The notes beneath the pieces are model-generated. The model was given only the letters and a program-made list of their open reading frames with translations, was not told where the DNA came from and searched no databases. Made by a program: the position numbers and the translations under genes. 64,000 nt of DNA from Podarcis bocagei (taxonomy: Eukaryota): NCBI GenBank assembly GCA_964188305.1, contig OZ076889.1, one strand, 5' to 3'. Shown in pieces: positions 12,734-26,637 of the stretch (positions within the stretch are counted from its first letter, which is position 1; the number at the start of each line of letters is the position of its first letter).

Positions 12734-14459
12734 CAAAATTCTAAGCTTCCATTGTGTCCAAAGAACTTCTGAACTGCTATGTCTCACTCAAAGTGTTTCT
12801 GACTGCTGCTACATAGGAACGAGTCTGAGGAAGGGCCATCTGCAGCCTGTATTAACAGGAGAAACACATTTTCAAACAGCAGTTGATTGGCATCATAAAT
12901 AGGTAGCAATAGTTTGCAAAAGGCACAAAGTTTCAGCAACTGCCTTTGCTCACAATGGGGCTTCCTCCACTGGTATAGCACTTAAGCCTTCCTAAAGGCA
13001 ATCAAATGAAATTTGTCATGGTGGGGATGTCTGAATTGCACCCAAACCTGCTCACCTTGTACAAGCAATCTCTGCTCAGGCATTTAGGACAGAGCTATAT
13101 TTCTCCCATATCTGTTTCAGAATAGGCAGTGCTGAGGCAGCTCATTTTTGATTTCCCAGTCTGGGAACAATGAGCTTTCTCTGGTCCTGTGGACCACCAC
13201 TAAGCCAAATGAATATATATAAACCACATATAACTAGTAGGCTTTATTTTTAATGTTGATTTGTCCCTGCTTTTTTTCTTGAGAGGGTAGGGAGGGGAGA
13301 GAAGACCTGATGGGAAGATGCAAGGACTTGTTACCTCCTCTGGAGCGAGGCACATTTTGCAAAACTCTGTGACTTCGTCCTCAAAAAGCTTAAAAAGAAA
13401 TGAACTATCTTTGCCCAAAGATTCCCAGCTGCACAAGGTGATATTCAAGTTGTGTCTATGGTTGTGTGTCGATGTATATTCTATAAAAAGGTACTTGTCA
13501 TTCCCGTTTGTAAACTACATTGACATTAATTAAATGAGTATAAAATCTTCCAAGTTTGCCTCCTGCCCTCTGCTTGCTTCCTGGTTTCATCCCTGGTTTT
13601 GGCAATTGCATAAACATATGATTCCACTCCTGCTGCCCTCAAAACATGGTAGCTGTTAAGTCACATTCATCCAGGACCCACTGAATTATCCACCTGCTCC
13701 AATGCCTCATGGCGGGGGCAAGGAATCTTTTTTCATCCCAAGGGTTATATTCCTTCATGGGCTTCCTTCCAAGGGGCTGCATGCCAGTAGTGTTCCATGT
13801 TTTGACTTTTCCTTAAAATATTCTCAAACCATTTGTGCAAATCTGCAAGGAGGCTCTAATGAGCCCTGTCAGCAGAAGCCCTGTGCAAAGACTTCTGGTT
13901 GCCCAATGGGGCTTCCCTCCTACCTCACAGTTGGCTTTGGGGAAGATTAGGAGAACCCTTAGAGTGGCACGAGGCGAGTGGGATCATTCCATATGGCAGG
14001 CAAACTGAAACGTTTGCGCAGAAATGATCAAGAGGCTGGAACAGTGCCCTTAAAAAGGGAAAGTCAAAGTTTGGAGCTCCTAATAAAAAAGGTTTGGGAA
14101 CCTAATAGACAGGGAAAAAGTACTCGTGATGTGTAGAGCGTGCTCCTCTATCTCAAATCTAGAGTCCAAGGTCATCAAGCAAATCTGAATGTTGGGAGAT
14201 TCAGGACAGACAAAGTATACTTCTTCACCTAGCTTGCAGTTAAGCTGTCACTAACTTTAAAGAGATGATAAAGCTAGTAAAATGCTAGTACAAAAAAGCC
14301 AGAGCTGCTTGTTTTTCAAACCTGGTTTCTAAATATTAAAATGTTTAGCATAACTCGTTATTTTAAGTTACAGAATAAATAAAACAAGGAATGGGGAAGC
14401 TGTTGCAGCCACCACATTTGTGAAAACTATATACATAATCCTATAAATCATGTAGCTAA

Positions 14460-14605
14460 ATGCTGAGTTGGAAGGCATCTCCTGAGGTCATCTAGTCCTG
14501 CCACCTCTTCAATGCAAGGTCTATATAGTGCAGAATGAAATGCCTTCCTAGATAACAGCTAATTTAGCCTCTGCTTAGACCCCTCCAGCAAGAGAGACAG
14601 TCATG
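14460..14605 (-). mobile_element. CR1-like LINE 3' fragment
   Basis: gagttggaagg...ggtcatctagtcc...agcctctgcttaga motif, also seen at 17360-17510. Confidence 0.55.
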
Positions 14606-14840
14606 CCTAAGAATGTGCAAAACCCCATTGCCTATTTCCCTGAAGTTTTGGGCTGTAACTTATTTGTAGCTTGCTGACAACCAATACTGTAGTATCTGTA
14701 CACAGATCAGCCAGATCTACTTATAGCATGGAATCTAATTAGTAACACTAGGTAAAGGCCCATGGAATTTCACAGGGCTCCAGCTCTTTACCCTCCCATT
14801 CTCATTCTCCTACTCATATCCCAAACTTCAAACCCTAATT

Positions 14841-14976
14841 CAGGCTTCCTCAACCTCGGCCCGTCAGATGTTTTTGGCCTACAGCTCCCATGATCCCTAG
14901 CTAGCAGGACCAGTGGTCAGGGATGATGGGAATTGTAGTCCCAATATATCTGGAGGGTCCAGGTTGAGGAAGCCTG
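14841..14976. mobile_element. 136-bp palindromic hAT MITE
   Basis: TIR CAGGCTTCCTCAACCT; perfect 8-bp TSD ccctaatt (14833-14840 and 14977-14984). Confidence 0.92.
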
Positions 14977-17359
14977 CCCTAATTACTAGCAAAATCCTAC
15001 ATCTTGCCAAACAGAGGGTAGGGGCCAGATCAGGAGGAACAAACATGTTCATCCCCTTGTTCTGCTTGCAGCAAGGGTCTTGGAAAGGATCTCACCAAGG
15101 AGAAGAGGTACTGAAGGAACAGGCATGAGGCAGAGAATCAGCAAGAATAGGATATGAGCTAGTTGTCCAAATAAATAGCTGCTTTCCCCAATTGAGGGCA
15201 TTTGTAGGAGCATATAATAAACTATGCATCCCTTCATTCACTGTCTTGAGACTGGAGCCACACATTACCCTGCATTGCATGGTCCCCAATCCACATCTGC
15301 ACAGATAATGAAAACGTGGGGGCAGAGGGGCACTTGTAGATAAGAAAGTGTGGTTGGGTGAGTCTTGAACCCTATCTGTGCCCAGAAACTTTCCTGTATA
15401 AATCCCCCCAGGAGGGTCTGAGTGTACCTAGGCAAAAATGAATAAAGCATGCCATGAGGTATTTGCAAGGGAGTATTAGACACAAAAAGGGTAAAGCACC
15501 CTCCCTGTCTGCTGAATCTCCTCTTGCACATGCTGCCCTCAACATTATAATGCAAAGTCAGGGCTAGGAAACGCCATGATTATTATTTTTTTAAGTTATT
15601 TACTGAATTTATATAGTTGCTCGCCAATAAATATTCTCTGGGCAGCTTGCAAATACAATATATCATGCTAAATACAATAAAAGCAAAAAACTTGTTACAC
15701 CAGCCCAGATTTAAAACACAATTAAAAAGTCTAGGTGAATAAAAAGGTCATGGAACATGAAGGTGGCCCTAGACTTATGGAATTCACCTGTCCCCCCCTC
15801 CCCCCACGGTTTTAGTGCCTGATGCAAACTGAGCTGCAGAGATGGAGAGGGTGGCTTGTTAATAGCATGTTGAGTTTATAATGGGATATTTTAGTGCTAG
15901 ATACTTTTTAGATTACAGTATTTTGAATGATGCTTGTTTTAAATGTTTTAAAATTGGTAGTTTTGTGAATATTTTTTCCTTTAAAAAACAGTTATAAATT
16001 TATATGAACTTAAACTATAGTTTAGTTCTCTCTCTCTCAAACACACACACATTTGCAACATTCTTAGAGTTCAGGGTTATGAGAATATACCTATAAAATG
16101 AAGGCTCTCAACAAATACCATAAAAAAGCATTAGCTGAATAATTGAGAATTGACAAAAGTTTAGGGTTAGAGAAATGTGGTTTGAAAGAGAATTAAGAAT
16201 CTAGTTTAACAAAAATACAAGATTGGTTTCGGGGGGGGGGTGTCCAGATTCCATGCCAGCTAGTGTTTGTTTTAAGCACAATACCATTATGCATTTTTTT
16301 CTGGGGCAGATGGGTTGACACTTGGAACGCTCTCAGAAAACCCACATAAATGCTACACAAATCTTCTGATGCTATAAGAAATTGAAGCTAGACTGCAATC
16401 CCCAACTAGCTACTGGAGTTCCTGCCTTACAAAAGATAAAGCATTCCTGTGCTAAGCTGCTGCTTTTCATTCAAGCAGGTAGTGGGAAATCTCTGGCCCT
16501 TGGGTCCTTAGGCCATTCCCCTCAGTGGTCTTACTCTACACCCTCTTCAGGTGATTGTGCCTGACTGAAATGCCTCTGGCAGAACAATGGGCAATACCTC
16601 TTCTGGGAGACACCTTGAGATGCTAACAAGCAGATGTATGATGATGAGGCTGTCTCCCATTTAGGGATGTCTCAGCCCATTTCGCCACCGGAGGCAAAAT
16701 GGGAAGGTGCTGCCCTGTGTGTGCACGCTGCCCACCACCCCTGTTGAGGCTTCACTATCCATGGTTATGCAGCTATGCCTTCCGGGTTCCAGCAAGATCT
16801 CTCAGGCTCTCACAAGATCTCGCCAGAAGCTGCCACAGCCACTTCTCCAGCAGAAGCAGGGGGGGACGGGGGACAACAGAGGCACCCCTTGGATTCCACT
16901 GCCTGAGGCAGCTGCCTCAGTCTGCCTAATGGAAGAGCCAGCCCTGCTCCCATTGTTTGTCCCCCATACAGTAATTGAAGCACACCAGCTGCAACTAAGG
17001 TCCTGTAAGGCAGTGTTTCCCAACCTTTTTCCAACCGTACCCCCCTACCAACTTTGTTTCCTTCCTGTGCCCCCGCCCCAGGCATAGTAGCCATGGAAGG
17101 CAAGGAGCATGTGCCCCCCAAATAAGTAAAAATCAATATAAATCTGAGGTTCTGCCTCCCCTAACAAAAGCCTGCCCCCTAACAAAAATCCTGGCTATGC
17201 CCACGCCCTTCTGTTGTACCAGTAGAAAGGTAGCTATTTAAATGTTTTGTTTGTAACTAGAACATGTTTTATTTATATTTTGTATAATTTATACAAAATA
17301 CAATTACATAAAATGATAGGAACATAATGAAATATTGTTGAAGCAGAAAAACAGAGACT

Positions 17360-17512
17360 AATGGAGCTGGAAGGGACCCCAAGGGTCATGTTTCTAGCCC
17401 AACCCCCTACAATGTAGGAAACTCAGCTAAAGCATCCATGACAGATGGCCAGCCAACCTCTGCTTAGAAACCTCCAAGGAAGGAGAGTCCAGAACCTCCT
17501 GAGGGAGATCCA
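17360..17512 (-). mobile_element. CR1-like LINE 3' fragment
   Basis: gagctggaagggacccc...aacccc...catccatgacagatgg...aacctctgctta, typical of a reverse-oriented CR1 3' end. Confidence 0.6.
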
Positions 17513-20500
17513 TGCATTATAAAAAGTAAACAACACTTATTTGACACAGAGGGGGAAGCCTACAGATACAGTCCAAAGGCGCACAGGGAGTTCTGTATAT
17601 ATGGGAGAATTTTAAAAAGCAAGTGGTCTTCACTGACCTGGTGCAAAAAGATCTTGTCATGCGGAGGAGCCCTGGCTGCCTAGATAAAACACTATAGTCT
17701 CACACACCCTTACCTGGGAGTAAGGCCCACTGAACACAGTGTGGCTTTCTTCTGAGTAGATAATTATTTACAAGATGCAAATCAGCAGCACCATCCAACT
17801 CCGCTTGGTTAAGTGCTGGGGTGGATTTCACCCCACACCTTGCAAAGCCAGGCTGATGCTACTGACAGGCCCTGCACCCCTCAGCAACATCCAAACGCCT
17901 TGATCCACTAGGCGCTGAGGTGGATTGCACCCTGCGCCTTGCAGAGTCAGGCCCGGGCTGCCACCCGGCTCAGCACTGGCAGCAGCATCAAAGCTAACAG
18001 CAAATGCCAAACAACTTACTCAGAGGAGTTTAGAATCCAAAGGAGTTTCCAGGACACCAGTTCTTATCTTGCCTCTCCAAAGTGACAACATTTCAGAAAC
18101 CAGAGGCACAATCTGAAATTCAGAGCTACTTCTCAAATCCCAGGCACCATCAAGAGCAATAACAAGCTAAGCAGATCAAGGTCGGGCAGCAGCAGTTGAT
18201 TCCTGAAATGTGACTGTTTTAATATCTGTCCTGGGCTTTGTTGCTCCCTAGAGCCAAAGGGGTGGGAGAGGAGGATTTTCCAGTTTATGGGGCAGAGCGA
18301 GAAAAATCTTAGTATTGACTATCCGTAAAGCGTTTATGACTTCACATTGCACCCACTGGATTGTGAGTGAGTTTGGAAAGTGCAATAACTGCCTCATCTA
18401 GCCCTCCTTGTTTGGAACCGCTTGTCAAGCAAATGGTCAGCTGCCCTTGGGGCAAACAAAGCCCCATCCCAGGTGAACTCACCCTCTTGTTTATTTTCCT
18501 ATCACCCAGTAACCAGAGTGATGCACTCCTAACAGTACAAACCTTTACAAACCAGAGCAAACAGAGTAGGATACAGGTTCTCCAAACGGGGAAGAAATAA
18601 AGGTTTGAGTAGGAATTCAGCCAAACCAAAATATTGAATGGATTTCACCATGGTACTAAGGCAGTGTCTGTACAGCACATGCCTGTGCTTCTAGTTTGGC
18701 AACTCAGGAAGAAAAAATCACTCTCCTTACCTTAGAAAGTCCTCCTTTCAACAGCATGAAGCCATGGAAGCAGCAAAGTCTTTTCTGGGCCATCACCAAC
18801 CATATAGGGAGAGGGGTGAGCAGATGCAATAGAGAACAAGGCTCCTGTTAACTTTTAACAGCTGCACTGAAGAGGGTTGATCCAGCATGTGACCTCTGGG
18901 GAGTGGATGAGCTGCACAAGTTTATGCAATCCCTCAAATTACCACAGTGAGGCTGCACCTTGATAGTGAAAGCATGTCAGGTGTGCAATTTTACTGGCAA
19001 GCTAAGGTGAACTCATCACTTTACTTACTCCAATTCTGTGTAGATCATTAGTGCATAACATGGGTCTAAATTCTCACACAAAACTCCTTATTCTCTCAGT
19101 GAAAGGCAGTTTTCAGATTCTTCTTAGGGTCTCCATTAGTAAATCAGCACTAGACTCATCATGCATCTGCGAGGAGTAAACAGGACTATCAGTTCCAACC
19201 ATGACTTCCAGGGAGGCTTGAACCTTTGTACCCCTCCTTTTAGTGCTAAGCTTTCGCTTCAAGTAATTATTTGTACATTTGTGAACATTAACAGTCATAA
19301 TTTAAATCATCCTACCAAAAGGTGTAGCTAAAATTAAGACCAGGGAAGTATTTGGGTTTGTCTTATTCTATTTTCGAGGTCTGAGTAGTTAGTATCCTGC
19401 TGTGCTCACCAGCTGGGTCACTGGAACCAAACAGCTTCTTTATATCAAATTAGGAATACCCCAAAATATATCAGAAACAGCTGCTCTCTCTCTTAAACTC
19501 TGAGGATTTTTAAGGAAGTGGGCAGATATTAAATCTTGGGAATAAACCTCCATCAAGCCAAGTCTGGCTCCATGGTGCCCCATAAGAAGGCCTGAGAGAC
19601 AGGCCAAGGGACTGCTGCTCCTTCCAGAATCCTTCAGCCACATGCCTACCTCTTCGTCCTGCCTCCCCAGCACATAGTTCCCTGCTGATATATGTTCCCT
19701 TAAGCCCTTGTGATTGCAGGTTGGGGAGTTTATTTTCAAGATCTAATTCCACACAATAAAAACTGTATCGGGTCATAAAGAAAGCAGCTCTCTCATTCCC
19801 ATTCATATGCTCAGTATCAATAGGTAGTTAGCTCCCTGGAGCTGCTGCCCCATTATGCTCAGGCACAGTCCCCTCTGAGCCAGGGTCATTTGAACAGGTA
19901 CAGTCTTTATAGCCCCTGCTGCCAATAGAACCACAAAGTTGTATTCATGCTCACCCCATGTTTGAAAGAGAAGAGGTTATTTTAATGTTGCAATCCCCCT
20001 CAACAGACCCCTACTACCAGATTCCCCATTATCATCAAGATTTTGTCAGAACATACTCCTATAGACCACAATTGTTATTTCAGGTCACCATGCTGCATTC
20101 TGAAAAATATCAGGCTGGTGTATGGGGGGGGGGGAGGAGCAGAGATTATTCCAGGAGTTAACATTCACCTCCTGACTCCTCCAGAGTTGCAGAAAGGTTG
20201 ACCAGAGAAAATAGATCCATGCAAATGAAAGCAGATCACACACAGAAAGGCTCAGAATATGGGAGGACCACTTTACCATCCATCAAAGTCAGGCTAGCTC
20301 ATGTTGCTCAACATCAAATATCCCAGGGCCTCCTGTGCTTCTATGCACTGTACCACAGGGCAAATGCAGAGTAGTGGAAGTGTTAGTGAGTCTTCTGTGT
20401 GGATCAATGCTGACATCTGCTGGTAAGAACAGTCTTTCAAAGCAAGAGAAATTGCAGTCAGCAAAAGAGACTACATCAGGGTGGTTCAACCTCTCAGACC

Positions 20501-20567
20501 AAGGGGGGACTTCGACACAGAACTCACAGGCCACTGAACTTAAATTTTCATATTGTAAATTAAAATA

Positions 20568-20798
20568 CAGCGGTACCTTAGGTTACAAACACCTCGGGTT
20601 ACAAACACTTCGGGTTACAGACTCTGCTAACCTGGAAGTAGTACCTCGGGTTAAGAACTTTGCCCCAGGATAAGAACAGAAATCGTGCGGCAGCAGCACG
20701 AGGCCCCATTAGCTAAAGTGGTACCTAAGGTTAAGAACGGTTTCAGGTTAAGAACGGAGCTCCAGAACAAATTAAGTTCGTAACCAGAGGTACCACTG
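20568..20798. mobile_element. Tc1/mariner (Tigger-like) MITE
   Basis: TA|CAGCGGTACCT...AGGTACCACTG|TA. Confidence 0.9.
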
Positions 20799-21608
20799 TA
20801 TGTGCAATATACTGAATATTATTTAATATACACAATAGATTTAATGTATTTATTTATTAAACAAAATGTAATGCAAAAATTATTTTAGAAGGCCTCCCCA
20901 CCCTCTCCTCCTCACAGGCCCACTGGTGCCACTGCAGAACACGCAACCATTACAGGAAGGCTGCGAGGAAGGAACCAGCAGCAGGGCAGCTGCCACCATC
21001 ATTAACTTCACTCTCTCTCTCTCACACACACACATACACACCACCACCCGACAAGGGCGCTGCAGGACAGCACAACCTGCAGCCCCCACTCTTCCCTCAT
21101 CTGCCCATCTCAACCCCCCGCCATCATCCACAACAAGCATATGTATGAATGACAGACCAACATCTGGAGGGCCACAAATTCCCCATCCCTATTGAACTTG
21201 TGGACATTTACTCAGGAGTTTGTCCCATTTATTCCAATGGGTTTTACAGCCTATGTGCCCTTAACAAAAGCTTCATTTATGGTATGCTAAGATCCAGAAG
21301 CAGCACAACAGCTGACTTGCCTGCCTTTTCTTTTTTTAGCCACTCTGTCAACTGTTCCTGTGCCCACAGTAGCTTTGTTTAGGCAGGCACAGTGCAACAA
21401 GGACACCTGAAATGGAAAGGAGTGAGCAGACTGGAGTCCAAGCAGCAGAAGGGTGAAGAGATCAGGTGGCCCGGGGCATCCACTGCTCTGCTCCCCAGCC
21501 CAAAGGCAGAGATGGTAGAAGTCCAGCAACATCTACAAGGTCACATGTTTCCCATCCCTGCCTTAGACACAAAATCATCAGGCATTGCCATGCAATAGGT
21601 ACAGGGAG

Positions 21609-21785
21609 TAGGGGTGCCAACCTGAATAAAATATGGGGGGGCAGGTAAGCACCACCCCACATAATTTGGTCACAAGACACACACACACCATTTGAATGGC
21701 AATGCCCACCAACTCTATTGAGCCCAGTCCCCTCAAATATTTTAGGAGGGTCAAAGGGACCTGCCCCTAGGAGTCGGCTCCTATG
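21609..21785. mobile_element. Possible non-autonomous DNA transposon
   Basis: Imperfect inverted ends (taggggtgccaac / gtcggctcctatg) and near-identical flanks acagggag / acaggaag. Confidence 0.4.
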
Positions 21786-22329
21786 ACAGGAAGCATTTCA
21801 TTTGTATTCATCAATAGCAGCAAGATATAGGCTGGTCAAATTTCTTTTTCCTGTCCTCTTAAGAGTTGGATAACAAGCAGCAAGATGCTTCCCTCCACTA
21901 CTGAATCCACATACCAAGAAAAGCTTGACCTGCTGAATGTCTGCTTATCATACAGCTACTGAAAACTTAAGTCCTGCCAGAAAAGAGGTAGCAACTCTTG
22001 GAAAGATGACAAAAGGTGTTGTGGTAGGACATATTAGAACCTCACTGACTTTTCAGGTTAATATTTTTTAAATCGTAATTAAATTATAAACATTCATTTA
22101 AAAGCCAGACTTAATCTTTGCAAGTCTAAGATGTTTTCAGTCCTCCCATGGTCATCCTAATACAGTATCAAAGCTTCAATAAAGACATCAGATAAGTGGG
22201 CATATCTGTATGGTTTTAAGATGGTTGTTAACTGCCCTGGGCTCCAATAGGAGGAAGTGTGGGTATTAGTATAATTAAGAAATAAACAAGTGCCAAATAT
22301 AATGCATGCCTAGGGCAGATGAAGCAAGT

Positions 22330-22750
22330 GTCTTGTTTAACCCCAGGATTTTAACATGAGGGATTATCGGGGGCAAAATTTCTTGAAATTATAGAGAAAG
22401 ATAATGGCAACAAGTTTAAATTAAGAAATACTTTATGAAGAGCTATGAGTCATCATGCAAGACAAAGAGATGCCTCAGAATTAACTGTGAGTCCATAGGA
22501 TCTTAAGGGAAGGCAAGCTGGCGGGGGGAGCTGAGCAAAGTCCCTTTAACTGAACAGATGACAACCATCCTCAAAGAATTCTCTAGTGGCTCTTTGCCCA
22601 CAGTTGCAGGCAAATTCTAAAGAAAATGAATGCATATTGAGAATCAGAGTCACTGAAAGATGAGGAGGGATGACTTTAAAAACTCAGAAATATTTCTGAC
22701 AATGAGAAGTACTTGAAAGGCAAGAAGAGATGACAGAAACTGCTACCCTT
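22330..22750 (+). mobile_element. Highly degraded L1-type ORF1 remnant
   Basis: Purine-rich, with broken peptide ..TILKEFSSG...RQILKKMNAY.. reminiscent of an L1 ORF1 C-terminus; weak. Confidence 0.35.
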
Positions 22751-25700
22751 TGCATCTCGCAGCTCAGTAAGCAAACAGTGAGAGTGATTACTGCTGTATA
22801 CAAATGTAGCAGTTTTTGAGCATTTGTCCACTAATAGAAGAACTATTTTCTCAAAAATTACTGTTGTTTTTTGCCAATATGTTGAAGTTTAAGAATGCTG
22901 TACAACTGTCAAATTGCTAGGGATTTTATACCGTCACAATATTATTAGTATCTTACTTATGCTGCATTGTAAAATATCAATAGTTAAAACTTCAAACCAA
23001 ACTCAACAAGAGACTTGTTCATACTATAGTGTTGGAAACCACATCAATCAATGATGGGCTTTTGATGCTTTTTATATTTCCAGTTCCGGATAACCACCAC
23101 TTTTTTCCTACTTCTTCAATCTATTCTGCATGTAACCTCCTTGTAACTTTGCATTAATTAGAATTCCTAGTGGAGAAATAAACACCACCACCACTTTGGT
23201 CTCCAGTTCAGCTGGGCACATACAGATAATGCTCCAAAAGGGGATGTGCATTTCCATGCACATCAAAAGACTCATCTAGTCAATTAAACGGTGATCAGAT
23301 AAGCACTGAACGCGCATCCGCACCAACTGTGGTTATGGAAGCCTGATTCTCCATGTGCATTGCCTTTGCCCAATTGGGGCATTTGCCTCTCAAAACTATT
23401 CACATCCACACTCATTCTTCTTTTCTAGAGATCAACCCATGCCTGTTCCCTCATCCTTTCAAACCTTTATAGCACAGCCTTTCCTATCAATTTCTCCTAT
23501 TAACATCACCTTCCTAAAGTCCTAGAACAGCCATAATTCCCTTTGGTCACGGCAATACTAGACTATTATGTTGTATGTCACACGTTCACACATGAAGCCA
23601 ATCTGAGGGCGGTCAGCTGATTGAGTTAAGAATAAATATTTGTTGAGTTTTCTGACAATCCCTTTTAGAGAATTGACACCTCCAGGACTAAAGCTATCAG
23701 TCTCTAAATGCTGAGAAAGAACAGAAAGGGACCAGATTCATAACCACAGTTCAATTTCTTGATGATAGTCTCACATCTTCTTGAGTTGTGTTGAAAAGAG
23801 GAGGCTCCCCTTTCTGAAGCACAATATGTTATTGCTGTAAGAGATGGACAAGCAGCTAAACTCTGAAACTAGCCAGCACAGGCATTGGCCATATTCCTAT
23901 TTCACCCTTTGCTAGTGCTGCTTGAAACCACCTGCTTAGTCTTTAATGGTTCCCTGATCCCAGCTGAGAGCTGAGAAACCGATTAAGATTGACTGGTATG
24001 TGCCTGTCCCGGCTGTCCTTTGACACTGTCGATACAGCCCGGGGAGGTCAAAGGTTAACGTCACACTTAGTGCAGTGAAGGAGGGTGTCAGGTTTGTTAA
24101 ACACTCTGGTAATGAAGTCAGGGCAGCTGCATTATTTTGTCATTTCCCTGGCCTGAGAGAGGGAGACCCAGGCACAGCCCAAACAGATCTATAAGGGCTT
24201 ACATTAGAAGAACACAGGCTCAGGTGTAGAGTTACATGGGCCCCAGTACCAAGTCAAAGAAAGGCCGGGAATCGGGGGCTGGAGGTCAACAGCTCTGCTG
24301 ACTTGGAAGATGGAGGTGGCGCCATTACTGCAAGTGTGCAAACATCATGCAGACAGGTCGATCCAAGACACACATACACAGGCACCCAACCACCTTTCTG
24401 TGGGTCTGCTTGGGGGGGAAGGCAATTCTTAGCTTCAATTACCCACATGAGAAGCAAATTGCTGCCTCCTTAGCCTCAGACAAAATCCAGTTGTAGTGCC
24501 ACTTCTGCCAGAGGCACTCTCCAACATTTTCTGTCCTGAACTTTTTGTGTGTTTCACAATAGTGAGGAAGACAGTTGGTGGGGCAGACACTCCCCCACAC
24601 ACAAAGACAGCAGAGGACTGGTTGTGAAGAACAGCCATGATTTTATTTGTTCCAGGGTTAAGCCCTGGCATTAAACAGGATGGGGACAGGAGTTTGTGTT
24701 CAAAGCCAGTCCTGAGGAATTGAAGCCAAGTAGCAAGCTAGCATCAGTACTCTTCATTATAATTCAAAAACCAAAGCAACAATAACAAGAAAGATGAGGG
24801 AAGTTATAAGGGAAGAAAAAAGAGATCATAAACACGACAGATGAATTTAGCATCTTGGGCTGCCAATGTCACCCAAGGTGGCTTTAGACAAATCATCCCA
24901 CTCCACAAAGATAATAGGGTTCAAATGAGGGCAAAGAGATCCACTCTACATTTCTGGTCACTACCTGGATGCATGTAAATGGAGGTGCTGAAATAAATAA
25001 TTAACTACTTCCTGCCCAGCCTGATAGAGCATTCATGGGAAGGGAGGAGGGACATAAATCTCACAGATTAAGCAGCTAATATTTTATTTAAAATATCTTC
25101 AAAAAGAGAGAGATGATCTATTGAATGTATTGAGAAAATGCTAATGCATAATAGCACGTGTCAGGAGGCTCGTCCATCACTCTCTGCCGCCATTCGGGAG
25201 ATCCATATCTAATTAACGGTAATGAATGAGGGAGCCACGCTGAGGACAAGCCACCAGTTTGTTATGGAAATCAGGCAAAACAATTAATTAAACAAACCGT
25301 CCTTGCCATGGCAGTCCAGCCTCTGGGTCCTGACTTCTGTACTGCTCTATCTACCAGCAAATGGGAGGGCAAGGGGAGGAGAGAGCTACACTCTTAGCTG
25401 ACTGGGGTTTAGGGTACCTACTTGGAACTAGAAGAATGCATGTTCAATTCCCACTTCCATACACACACACACACACACACACACACAACCCACCAGCTCA
25501 TTGGCTTCTGGTCAAGTACTTCAGACACAGTGGCTCACTAACCACAGTTCATTGGCATGGGCAGAGTGACCCTGGCCATGGCTACCAACTAAAGTGCTTC
25601 ACACTCAATGTAAATCCTGTTTCTAGGGGGGAAATGGCACCTATGTCCTTATACTATAACAATTATGGTCCTGTTGACTCATTATAATCCACAATGCAAA

Positions 25701-26269
25701 ACAAAATCTAAAATGCATTAGCTCTAGACCGAAACATCCATGTATTTGTAGCAGAAGCAAACAGGGTGTGGAGACAGCAATCAGGCACTCGTCCATCATG
25801 CCTAGATCCAACTCTAACCTAGTGCTACTGCTAGGCCGTGTCAAACCCTTTGAACAGTCATGTATATTATAGCAGTTTTGAAGCACACAATTAACATTTC
25901 TCTTCTCAGCTGTAATTCCATGTTTTTCAACTGTTTCTAAATTGCTGTTTTGTTAGAGCAAAGCCCTCCCAAACAGTCTGTCAACCCTGATTAAACAACA
26001 ACAAATCTGAGCATTTACAAATTCACATTTTAAATCCACTTAAATCACAGCACTATCATAACTACAGAAATACAATGCAGTTTGCTTCTGCTGACCTGAT
26101 GATAAACACATTTACTTGGGAATAACCATCATTTCGTTGTAGAAAAGGATGGTGTCTTTTTAATGTAAAAATAATAAAATGAACATCTGGAACCATGTAT
26201 ATGACTGCTGAGCAGCTTCCTGACTATAACATATATTTCAAAGTAAGAAAAAAGGAAGGATGCTATAAT

Positions 26270-26423
26270 GCCCAGTATCAGACAGCTCAGGTGGTAGAGC
26301 ATGAAACTCTTAAACTCAGGGTCATGGTTCGAGACCCACATTGGGCAAAAAGATTCCTGCACTGCAGGGGATTGGACTAGACGAACCTTGTGGCCTCTTT
26401 CAACACTACAATTCTATGATTCT
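26270..26423 (+). mobile_element. tRNA-Lys-derived SINE with CR1-type 3' tail
   Basis: Head agctcaggtggtagagcatgaaactcttaaactcagggtcatggttcgagacccacattgggc (A/B boxes, tRNA-Lys CTT-like) followed by ttggactaga...caac...attctatgattct. Confidence 0.85.
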
Positions 26424-26637
26424 AAGTTGGCCCATGTGCTGATGCTGGGCCTGTTTGCTGCTGCCCTCATCGCACGCAGTTCTCTGGGTGGCCATTTGGG
26501 GGGCCTCCTGGGCTGCCTCATTAAGCCATCAAGGAAGGGGAGGTAGAAGCCAGGCATCATACCTCAACTCACACCCAGCTGAGAATCCCTTCCTCAAGGA
26601 CAATTACGTGCTGGATTTTAATTATCATTGGTATAAG

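Noticed and set aside
26090-26150. Hammerhead ribozyme core (CTGATGA)
   Set aside because: No properly placed GAAA with flanking stems was found by eye; an Infernal search would settle it.
26270-26350. Functional tRNA-Lys gene
   Set aside because: Indels and mismatches in the stems, and it continues into a CR1 tail, so it is a SINE.
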